From NCBI GenBank assembly GCA_038496445.1, contig JALMLS010000418.1, positions 62,001 to 126,000 on the forward strand: a stretch of 64,000 bases of DNA, in the 5' to 3' direction. The position numbers and the translations under genes are program-made. Of the stretch, positions 29,048-40,115 are shown piece by piece. Source of the DNA: Trichosphaerium sp. ATCC 40318. Taxonomy: Eukaryota; Protista; Tubulinea. Every line of letters starts with the position of its first letter. Position 1 is the stretch's first letter. The notes under the pieces are model-generated. The model made no database searches. It was not told the DNA's origin and saw nothing but the letters and a program-made list of their open reading frames with translations.

Positions 29048-31061
29048 AGATTAATTTTTTTTGACCAAAAAACCAAAAAAAAAAGCCAAAAGCAAAGATC
29101 ATTTGCAAAAGTGCCGGAAGAGCCAATATTGGAGCGAAGTGTTGGAGTGCATTGCACGTTGCAGCTCGGGGTAGTGGCTATAGTCTTTTAAAGACTTAAA
29201 GCCGAGACTGGTGGCGCTTTGTTACTTCGCAAGCAAATGGCGAAAAAAAATACCGGAACAGAAAAACAAAGAAATTTTTTTTTTCTTTTTTTTGGCCCTC
29301 CAAGAAGCAAGCCCTTTAAAAAACATACTTTAAACGTGTTGGATGTAATTTAAACAACTAATTTATATAAATTGCAGTCTTGTGGTTTCCAATATTGTCG
29401 CATGGTGGTTCTCTCAGTTTTTCTTGTTTTTTTGCGTTTTTTAGTTTAAAACAGTTAACTGATTAGGCTTGCTTAAAGCCGTATTGTTGCAAGGGCTCGA
29501 GATATTACACTATTTTGTGCAGTGAACGACCTGACTTGGAAGCGTCTGCAGTGAATTGTGTTGTATCTATTATTAGTGTTTAACTCGATTCTTGCTACGA
29601 ACGCAGTAATAAATCGAGAAATTTATTCTCTTGACTTGTAAGGGAAGTTCATACTAGGTTTCCACTTCTAACTATCTTCCGGAAACAATTGTTCCATTTT
29701 TAGAACATACAGGAGTTGTCTGTAGTGCGTCATTGTTTGCGAACTTAGTTCTACTCTTTTTGTCTTTTCTAAACACGTGATAATGTACGTAGTGTTGTAT
29801 TTTTTAATGATACAACGCTGCAATTTCATTAGTCAGTTCCATCAGGTTTATAACCAGGGACGTACTATTTACAGTTGTTACTGAACAAGAGCACTGGGCA
29901 TTTTCTCATTCTGTGGATTCCTTCTAGCACTTCACCTACAAATATGCCAACTGGTATCAACCAACAGCTGTCCTTATATTTCAGGGTAGCGTTATGACTT
30001 TTCAAGGTGGTGTAGTACGTACTTTTCGTTCTGTTGGTGGTACGAGGCGCTTTTTCGCTGTAGGCTAGCTTGGATCTTGCTATTTCAGGATCCAACACTT
30101 AATTGGTGAGGCTGTGGTTTTTGGACTGGGTAACGGTACAACTATGGGAAGTGTCACGCAAAAAACTTGCAGAAACAACAAAACATCAAGCTGTAACTAT
30201 TGTCACCGTTAACGTGGAGACAGGAAGTGAAGCTTTGTTTATCTCCTATGTTAAAACTAAAGTTGTATTTCTACTCATCCTAGGTTCTTCTACAAGCGCT
30301 TTCATGGCGTACAAGACTTTGTAGCAGTACAGACTACCATACAAACAATTACGACCAGAGCAATGGTTCAAGCATCTGTGTGTTTTGTTGTTTTTGTTTT
30401 GCTATCATTTAGTCTAACTAGAGCGTATAGGAAGTCAGTGCTGCTAACTTGAGACTTCTGTTTTTGGTCAATCAAGAACTGCCAATACATCAGTGGGACA
30501 TAGTGTTTCTATTCACGCTATTTTTGTTGTATTTGTGACGCTGTACGGCTTTGTGGTATTGTAAAGATACAAAGCAGAGTGACAACCAAAGAAAAACAGT
30601 TGCTTTTATTTATTGGTTTTCGGCCTTCCGTCTCCATAAACCACGTCATCAGAACCTAAAAAAGAAGGGAAACGGGCTTGTAAGCAGCATTGATATGCCT
30701 TTGAATAGTAAACGAGAAACGTTAGTTCAAGAAGTGGAGGACTTTTTATGTCCAACTTTTCGGGAGTTTTTGGATTTTGCCCTTACTGACTGTTCCCCAA
30801 AAGCATCACAAAAATGATGTATTGTTGTAGCAATGTTCATACACTTTTCTCGTGAAAATCCAATTTGGAAACGATCGTGCACAATAGTGGAGTAAACCCG
30901 ACGTGAAGTATGGTTGTTTCTTTGAAACCGAAACTGCTTGTTCTAAAAGCCACCAGTATGCGTTGCAATCAGTTTATAGCACATCCTTACGAATTATTTA
31001 AGTCACGATCAACTTAATCGATATGACATATTTAAGATCATAAACAAAGAATCATTCCAAC

Positions 31062-32222
31062 ATGAACACCTCCTCTCTTGTTCTTCTCTTAATCTGCGCT
31101 GGTACTTGCACATTGTCCGCTTACGCACCTGGCGTACAAGAATGTTTGACTTCTCTAGGCGCTTATCCAACAGGTACGACATTAAACACTTTCTTGAGAT
31201 TGTACTAAAAATGCTCCACTGTTGTCCACGTTTTCCTTTTCTGAAAAAGACTTACCCTTTTTGTAGGTGTCGCCAACGATTTCTCATTACTACCTTCCGG
31301 TCTTTCTTCTAGAGATTCTCATTGGGGTATTTGTGGTAGTCCACATCCTGGATTCAACAACTGTTGGGACGACAATGTAGCTCCAAACCAATGTTGCAAT
31401 GCACGAGTATTGAACGACAACAGCTGGGTTAACCCAGCCAGTTTCCCAGTTCCAGTGCGTTTTCTTAAGCAAACCATAGAATCAACCAACTAATTATCTT
31501 TTTAAAGGCAGGATGGGTTAGCGCTCCAAGTAACAATTACCTAACATTCACGAACTTTGAATACAAGGTTGAACTTACAGCTCCAGAGTGCGAAGGCGCT
31601 TCAGTTACAGCAAAATGTTGGGCTGACAACTACATCGCCACAGCTACTTTGAACGGTCAGCTCATCAATCTGCCTTGTGCATACCACTCAACTGGATTTA
31701 ACGCTGCAGCAAGTTTCACCTTGAACTTGGCACCAGGCGTAAACACGCTTGTTATTGACTTGAGAAACACAAAGCTTGTCAATGGCTTTATGCTCGCTTA
31801 CACCAACTGCTCCACATGCGAACCAGAACCTTGTCGCAAACCTCTCATTGGTACTGGTAGCGCTGTAAACTGTAGAAATGCTCCTGGCACAGAAGATCCT
31901 CTCCAGAACGCCAAAGACGACTGTGCTGCGTATGGGGCTTTTTTTTCACGTGTTTTGTTTTGTATTGTGCTCATTTTTTCTTTGTAGTCAATGTGTAGCT
32001 TTGGGATTTCCTATTGTTGCTGACTATGGTGGCTGTCATATCACATCAGTTACCGAGATGGACCTTGGTTGCTGCGATAGTGGTATCATTACGAAAACTA
32101 CTGCAGAATGCTCTTGTTGTTGCGATTGTGATCCAACTACATCTGCCCCTGGTTCAGTTACCAAAGCTCCAGTTTCTTCTGAAAGACAAACCGACGAAGA
32201 AACACAATTTAGAAGAAACTAA
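31062..32222 (+). CDS. Secreted cysteine-rich protein with a beta-sandwich (galactose-binding-like) domain
   Basis: Signal peptide MNTSSLVLLLICAG. Core WADNYIATATLNG...NLAPGVNTLVIDLRN. Cys-rich tail CSCCCDC. Three introns. Confidence 0.75.
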
Positions 32223-32459
32223 GATACTCACGTTGTGAAAATAAAGAACCACTTTTCATCTGTTTTGTCCTATTTATAAAAGCGGTCAATACTCCATGAT
32301 TTAGAATTTGCACTAGAGCTGACTTCGTTAAACTGTAGAGTTCTGCTTACCTATCCTCATAAACAACTAAGTTTTATTTCACTTAACTATATATCAGCTT
32401 CAGACGGCGATTTACAAACGAAACAATAAGCAACACGTCAAACTTTTTTTAGTTTTATT

Positions 32460-33843
32460 TTATTTTGCCTTCGCTTTACCATTTTCGTATGTTTGTCGGT
32501 ACTCTAATATACCACTCTTAGACCAATCTGTAAACTCACCATGCTTTTTACCATTACGATATTTTCCAGTGACTTTCTTCTTTCCATTGTTATGATACAA
32601 TACGTACTTTCCGTTTAATACATTTTCCTTGAATTCTTTGCATTCTTGTAATTTTCCGTTTTGATACCATTTTTTGTACTCGCCTTGCTTCTTTCCTTTA
32701 GCATAAATACCACTCTCCTTTATTTTACCGTTATAATGGTACGATGTGTACGACCCATCGAATTCACCTTGACTATACGTACAAACTAACTCCAAACGGC
32801 CATTGTTATTCCATTGTTTGGATTCTCCGTCTCTCTTTCCTTTTTTGTACATACAGCTGTACATTACGAACCCATCGAAATGCCACACTTCGTGAATACC
32901 TTCTCTTTCTCCTTTAACATATTGAGATACTTCTTGAATACTTCCATCATCATCATAAGTCATATGTTTACCAGAAATCTTTCCGTCTTTATAAAAATAC
33001 TTTGCTCGGAGTTTACCATTTGGGTAAAACTCGTTCACTTCTCCGTTTTCTTTTCCATTTTCGTACATCACCTTACGTTGTATAGCACCTCCTTCAAAAT
33101 ACGTACACCATAATCCATCTCTTAACCCATCTTTATAGCAACCATCAACGCTTTTATCGCCGTTCTCGTAAAACTCTTTGTACTTTCCTTTCTCGATTTG
33201 GACGAAAACATTACCACTCTTAAAATACTTTGTGTGACGCTCTATCGTGCTAAAAGTCCCGTTTTCGTGTGTACCTTCTTCTTTCAACGTACCATCAGGG
33301 TACCAAGCCTTCATAGGGCCGTCAAGAACATTATCCTTGAAATTACAAACCGAAACTAAAGTTCCATCTTTCGCCCACAAACGAGCTTCTCCGTTACGCT
33401 CACTGCGCTCGTATGTACACTGATACTTCTTCTGTCCATTACGGTACCATAACTCGCTACTCTCCTTCTCTCCGTTCTTGTAGCATCTTCTTTTCATCAA
33501 GATCCTGTTGTTACTGTCTACTACCCGCCAAACGTTTTGTTCACCTTCTTTACAGCCATTCTCGAAGTTACAAGAAGTGAAGTAACTGTTTTCACCCCAT
33601 CTCTTCCATTTCCCATTTTTCTCAAAGGAATCGTCAAAACGTGAAGTGAACGCAGCGTGTTTGTTAAGTAGAGGCCATTGTATGAACGTTTCCGTTGTTT
33701 GTTCAAAAATTAAGTGCATGATTTCTGGCGGCAGATCCAATAGCCTAAAAACGCGTTATATAACATTAATACGCGTAACAGATTAAGTACCGTGTTGGCA
33801 CTCTTGGTGTTTGTTCATCTTTATCAATCGGTTCGCTAGGCAT
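32460..33843 (-). CDS. F-box-like plus MORN-variant (YwqK-like) repeat protein
   Basis: Exon 1 MPSEPIDKDEQTPRVPTR (ATG 33843), then a 46-nt intron at 33745-33790, then LLDLPPEIMHLIF and many YxNGxxxxxxxYKxGKxxG repeats. Confidence 0.88.
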
Positions 33844-34639
33844 TTCAATAAACTCCAGGCACGTAATAGAGTGCATAGAAAGAACTGTTGTAACTTCCAC
33901 TGGAATTTAACAGTTTTGATGACTAAACGACGTACACTTCGGGTACTTGCTCCCAGGAGAACCCAAACGCGGCAGAAACCCATTTCCAGCTCCAAGTAAT
34001 TGTAGACAACATTTAGCACTCTAAGAGTTCTATTCAGCAAACGCTATTCAAGTACTTGGTGTCAGCAATGCGCTTTATCACAAAAATGTGACGTAATTTT
34101 CGCTTAAGCCAAACACGTTTTTTTTTGTGACGAGCGTGGCTCTTTTAGTTTTTACTTTTTTCGTTGCAGAAGATCCTAAATTAAACTGAGAGTTAAGGAC
34201 AATAAGTAGGTTAACACGTGTAGACAAGTAACAGAGCAAAAGGGTAAAAAGATGTGAATTAAAAAAGTTGAAAAAATTAATGTTAGCGTTTATTGCTGAG
34301 ATACACCATGAAGACGGAATCAAATAGTACATGTGTATGAGATGTGCTACTAATACAATCTGCTAAGCTCTTTCGTCCACGTTGGAGAAGAACGTAATCG
34401 CCTCCATTAGATACTTACTGTTTAGTATTTGTATTGATACAATTGTTATATTACTACACGAGGTGACATCTTTGAGTGTTGTATTTTAGTTCATACACCT
34501 TTATTTTTGTTTTTTAACCTCGAATAAAACGTACAGCTATGAAGGATTGAAACGTACTTGGATATATAGGTGTTCATATGAAATCGAAAACAACTTAGTC
34601 AAATATTTTGCTGTGCATTTAAAAAAAAGGTTTATTGAT

Positions 34640-35203
34640 TCACACTGCTTCCAAGTACTCCTTAACGGTTACATCATGAGGACCTTTACCATAGTAGTCA
34701 ATCATCCATATCGAAGTTAAGTCCATTGTCCAAAACTCAAAGTCTTTACTTTTAGGCCACCTATCTGCTAATGGGTGCTTGTAGAAAAATGTCTTTGCAG
34801 CTTTTTCTCGATTTTCTTCTTTCACTTCTCTACATTTTCCGAATAATGTAATGCGTGCGCACGTGGGATTTTGTGTGTCAAAACCTTCACAATGTTTGCC
34901 CTCATCTATTTGCCATAAAGTAACGCTCAAGCTACAGTTAGGGTTCGCCTTCCACTCGTTAATAGAAGGGTCAAATGTTGTGAGTAAGAAAATTGGTATC
35001 CCTGTAGAACTTGTAGCGTCGCCGTCAGAGTACGAAAAAACGTTTCCTCGTGCGCGGTTATCAGGTGTAATGGAAGCAGCTGTACCCCAAGTGCCTTCTG
35101 AAATGAGGTACCTCGAGAATTTAGCGTAATCTTCCCAAGGTGGTGGATCAGAAGAAGCTACAATGGAAATAAATAGAGCAAGTACTAAGAGCTGCTTTAA
35201 CAT
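34640..35203 (-). CDS. CREG1: CREG family secreted/lysosomal split-barrel protein, intronless
   Basis: Signal peptide; NVFSYSDG, STGIPIF, NPTCARITLFG, KHP..WP, IWMIDYYG and VTVKEYL motifs. Confidence 0.9.
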   Translation of the reverse strand: MLKQLLVLALFISIVASSDPPPWEDYAKFSRYLISEGTWGTAASITPDNRARGNVFSYSDGDATSSTGIPIFLLTTFDPSINEWKANPNCSLSVTLWQIDEGKHCEGFDTQNPTCARITLFGKCREVKEENREKAAKTFFYKHPLADRWPKSKDFEFWTMDLTSIWMIDYYGKGPHDVTVKEYLEAV

Positions 35204-36026
35204 GTTGGTGTTTGTTAGTTTTTACTTCGTGTTTGTGATTTATACGGTAAACATAGTTTAAGCCAAGGCTCGTCTGTAGGTGACAGTACTCATAAATAGC
35301 CTTTTTGTCTCGAGACTTTTCTAGTTGGTGTCTTGTATGTTAAGACTTTGGTCAACTTACAAATATGGTCGGAAACAGTCTCATTTTAACAACAGTTGCA
35401 TGTGGAATAGACGTATTACAGTTTCGACGCTAAGGAAGTTAATCTGAATTATTTGTTCAACCAACAATACTATTCGCTATGTAGCTTCGTAAAAACAATA
35501 TGATAGCTTCTTCCCAAAAAAATTACGATCAATTGTGCATTTGTGCTCATTTTACAGAATAACATAGCGCTTTGTGAGAACAACAAAATAGGCAGTAGTG
35601 AACAACACTAACAAGTCTGTTGTAGGCGCACGTGCTCAAAAAACAATTACACGACGCTTGGTTTTTATTATTTTTTTTCATTCTGAAAATCTGTCTCTGA
35701 GCACGTGACCAAACGATTAAAACAAACAAATTAGAATTTATTTTATTTTTTATTAAACCTTGCTGTTCACAAAAAAACCTCTACTTATTCGTTGTACCAT
35801 CTTTCAGCGTAGTTCTAACTTTACAGCTACCAGATGGGAAAATTCTTTATGTATGCAAGAGTATGTACAATATACAACATGTGTAGCAGTAAATAAACTA
35901 CTTCACCACAAGCAAGTAAAAAGTGGGACAAACCCCAAAAAATAAAAAAAACACCGTTACAACTCACTGTAACATTATACTAAGCCACATTAGTGGCACA
36001 GTGGTGCTTTTTTGAATCTTGTTTTT

Positions 36027-39000
36027 TTAAAAATCAACTGTCTGTCTTTCTGAAATAACATAGGCAGGCGAAGCTGTATGAGCTCTGAGCTGACGTTGCT
36101 TGTTTCCAGACAATGCATTAATCCTACTACAAACGTTATAACACTCTTCCACAGTAAAACCATTCACGTACCTTGGTGGAGATGTACCTCCAGAATCTGT
36201 GGACATCGTAGCAGTCGAGTGAGATTCGCTACGGATGCGAATGTCTTTGGTTTTACGTTTCTTAATTTTTTTCTTCTTATCCTTCATAAATGACGGGACA
36301 GAAGGTTTCAACGGTTTTTTCTGTTTTCTTGATGAATCTGGAGATTTACCTCCAAGAATAGCGACTACTGCTTTTCTAGAGTTCGAAATAGCCAAAGAAC
36401 ATGGTGTATCACCTTTAAAAAAATATATTAGAAAACACGTGCCATTAAACATCAGCCACGCACCATATTTATTCTCTACATTAACTGTAGCTCCAGCTGC
36501 AAGCAATAAATTAACAACAGCAACATTACCCGCAGTTGAAGCAATATGCAAAGGCGTAGTACCATCACCACTGGCATCTAAAAAATTAATATTAATTTCG
36601 GAATAACTTTTCTTTTCTCCTTTCATCTTACCATCGACAGTTGTTTGATGTCTCTCCAGTAAAGTTTGTAACACATGAATCTTCGAAGGTTGCTTATACA
36701 CAATATTGGATGTAACAATAAAAATAGAAGGCCAATTCTTTAGATATCTTTCTCTTATGTAAGTCTTTGTATCATAATTCAACTCTTCTATCCACCACTC
36801 ATCACCAGGGTGTACTGTTTTACCAGCCAGCACGTCTTCAGTGTGCCCTGATTTTGAAGACTTTACGGGCGTTTTTATCGCTGATTTATGCTTTAAGGCT
36901 GGTTGCTTGTACCTTCACCTTATGTTAGCCAACTCTAACTCAACAGCAAATCAACAAAAAAAAGTACATACCTCTGGTAAGCCAAAGGAGGTACTAAAAG
37001 TTTTTGTAGTTTGGCTTCTAATAGAACCAAGTAATCTTTATACTCTTGAGACTTTAAAAACTTTGGCCAAGCGTCCATGACCAAAATATGAAACAATTCA
37101 TGTTGAACACTTTCAAAACAATCCGGACCTACACAATTGATTACTGACTGGGTTTTTCTTTGAAAAAATGCGAAGTACAAAAAGTAAAAGCATACCAGGA
37201 TCATAAGCGCCTTCCAGGCGGAAAGTAACAGCTGCAAGAACACCAGAAGAAACATTCACCAAGTTATCATAATTGCTCAAATAAAGATCAAACATGGCTT
37301 TAGCCTCAGTGTGTCGAACACGTGCACGCTCGGGTGCTTTACCAAGTGCTTTATATGCTTCAATAGCCTTTAAAAATAATACACATAAGTCTACTGTAAC
37401 TCAAAGAGAAAGTACAATCATACCTTCCAACAGAGATAGTTCTCAAGGCAAAACTTTTTGCGACAGAACTTAGAGAAGTAAGGACCAATAAATGGGTACG
37501 TCAATGCAAAAAGTAAGCTGTGTGCATGATTATCCTCTTCATGTAATGAAAAAGGCTCGTTTGTGCTACTACTAGGTATAATATAGCTGAATGAGTCATG
37601 AAAGTCCAACATCTTGTTATCTGAGTCAAGCGGTAACTGTCCATTACCTATCATCAAGCTACCACCTTCGCTGCCTTCGTCACCTTCGCTTGGTTCATAT
37701 CTACGTAATATCGAAGCAATTTGACTGTGACTATGTTGCGTGGCCAATGCCAAAGGCGTAGCACCTACAAATACGCTTAAAACACGATATAGATGTTAAT
37801 CAGACGCACCCCAATTATCTTTTAGTTGTGTAGAAGCACCAAAGATAAGTAAAAGTTTTACAACATCTACATTACCAAAATTTGTTGCAATATGTAACGC
37901 TGTAGTTCCCTAACAAAAAAAAAAGAAGTTAAAACTAGCAACAAATAACAACTATCGACTTACTTGTGAGTTAACATCATCAATCTGCTCAGGGCACTTT
38001 TGCAAGAACCGACGTAAAATATAGTACAAAACTTGAGCCTTTGATACGATATAAGACGTAAGAATAAAAATATCTGGCCATTTCTTTTGAAGCCGTTCAG
38101 ACTTGTAAAGCTCAAAGTCATAGTTTAGCTCTTTAACAAACCAAGGAGCTTCTGTAATAGTAATTTCTATAACATTATAAGAATAAATAGTTCTCAAATA
38201 AACAAGACAGTGGAAAAAAACGTAACGTACGTTTTTTCAGTTTCACGTGACTTTTTTGTTTTTTCGGAGGTGCACGCTTGTTATTCGCTATGCGTGCTGA
38301 GTTTCTAGATGATCTTGACGTCAATAGTAGGTATGCATTATCTACAGTGACTTCTTCATCTTGCATACTAATAGAAATCGTTTCATCGCTCACACAGCTC
38401 AAAACGGCTTCATCTGATAAACTTGAACTGAGAGTTAAATCATACGGTGGCTGGAATTCTGAAGGACGATCAGAGAGTGTAGTAGGAATGTCTAGCGTGT
38501 CGCTAGTAGTATTCTACAGTAGTTTAGTACAAAAATACGACTTCTTTCTGAATTGTGGTACGACAAGTCGAAGAACTTGTACAACGCAACCATAAAAGCA
38601 CTTACGCGCGTGTGTTCAATATTCAAGTGCATGTCTAATTCCATACCGGAATCACGAGAAAATGCGCCAGTATTCTCTTCTTTCGTTGGTTCTGGGTCGG
38701 TTGAGCTCACTGACGCTACATTGATCGTTAACGTTACGATTTGCTACTTTCAGAATGTCCTCATCGAATAGGCAAAACAGGCGTTTTGTTCCTTAAACAA
38801 GGAGTCGGTATTTCCGCATACCTTTACCCTCACGTTTCGCTTTACGGTTACGTCGGTTGCTCTTTGGTGTTGTTGTTCTTTTTGATTTAGATGGCGATTC
38901 GGTAATGCCCAGGGTTGAAATAAGACCGCCTAGATGCTCTTCGTCCATTTTGGAGAATTTTGGGCTGGCTGCTGAGGATCCCTGTTCAGATCTGGTGAGC

Positions 39001-39077
39001 AACCATAATAGCGCTCGTAAAACAATTGAAATGATAATGCAAGAACATAAAATATAATTACATACCTCATCAGACAT
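36027..39077 (-). CDS. Ankyrin-repeat plus RGS-domain protein (multi-exon)
   Basis: Ankyrin motifs GTTALHIA and GTTPLHIAS...LLAAGA flank an RGS domain (FSKFCRKKFCLENYLCWKAI...LVMDAWPKFLKS). First exon MSDE at 39077. Confidence 0.85.
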
Positions 39078-39298
39078 GTGCAATAGAGTTTGCGTGGAAA
39101 GGTGAAAGCGAGAAAGAGAATGTGTATTTGGTTGCGTGTAATTGTAAAGAAGCAAAAAGTAGTTTAATACATTGCAAACTGGTGCGTGAACTACGTCAGG
39201 GTACTTTGAAGCGAAGAAATTTAGCACTAAGCAACAAAAAGAAAGTCTCAGAATGTCAGCTAAGTCATACGCTAATTTTGTTTTGCCGCAAGCTAAAA

Positions 39299-39839
39299 AT
39301 GTCAAAGTTGAACCTACCTCTTGCTCGCGTTAAAAAAATTATTAAGAGTGACCAAGATGTTAAACTAATTGGTTCTGACGCATGTGTCACAATTGCAAAG
39401 GCGACGGTTAGAAATTTTGTAAAATGAAGTATCTTTCTAAATGAGCGTAGGAGATGCTCATTGCGTTCATGGTTAAAGAAGCATACGATAACACGAAGAA
39501 AGACGGAAGGAAAGTGCTTCAATACAAAGATGTTGGTATGTGTAGTTGTCAATTGTTACCGCCAAAACTTATATGCTATTAGCGAAGGCTGTACGTAATG
39601 TAGACGAGTTAGAGTTCCTTGATGATTTGATACCTGAGAAAATGTACGCAATAACGACGCCAAAGTCTAACTATGCTCAAAGGGTAGCGTCAAGCATACC
39701 AAAACCAAAGCCAAAACCAAAAACAAATTTAAACCCAAAACCAAAGCCAAAAGCGAAGCCAAAAGCGCCTCCAAAGTCACCAACTCCGCCACCAAACCAA
39801 CAGAGTATGCTAGACTTCGTTAACAAGAACAAGACATAA
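39299..39839 (+). CDS. H2A-like histone-fold protein of the NF-YC/DPB3(POLE4)/CHRAC1 family
   Basis: LPLARVKKIIKSDQDV...IAKATEMLI...RKVLQYKDVAKAV...LEFLDDLIP, two introns, Pro/Lys-rich tail. Confidence 0.88.
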
Positions 39840-40115
39840 GGAGGATCAAAACAAATACGTGAAAAAAATTCTGACCACTTTATGAGTGTCAACACCACGA
39901 TGAGCGCGTAGTGATTGTAGCGGCATCGTTTAAAAAAAAACCTGTACATAAAAAAAACGCTTTTGCCAAATTCGTCACGAGTTTTCTGTCGATACAATAC
40001 CACACGTCGTAAAAACCGGTAACAACGAGTAAAGCTATTCTTTAACGTTCTACAAGCAATTACTTGCGTTTCTAATTAGTGAAGTGATTGGCACGCTGTA
40101 TTTGTTCTAATTAGT

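Noticed and set aside
29850-30500. Possible degraded multi-exon gene on the plus strand
   Set aside because: Splice-like signals exist, but every frame I tried has stops and no family motif was recognised.
33900-34500. Possible small spliced gene (briefly considered SRP9-like)
   Set aside because: I could not join the exons into a consistent reading frame.
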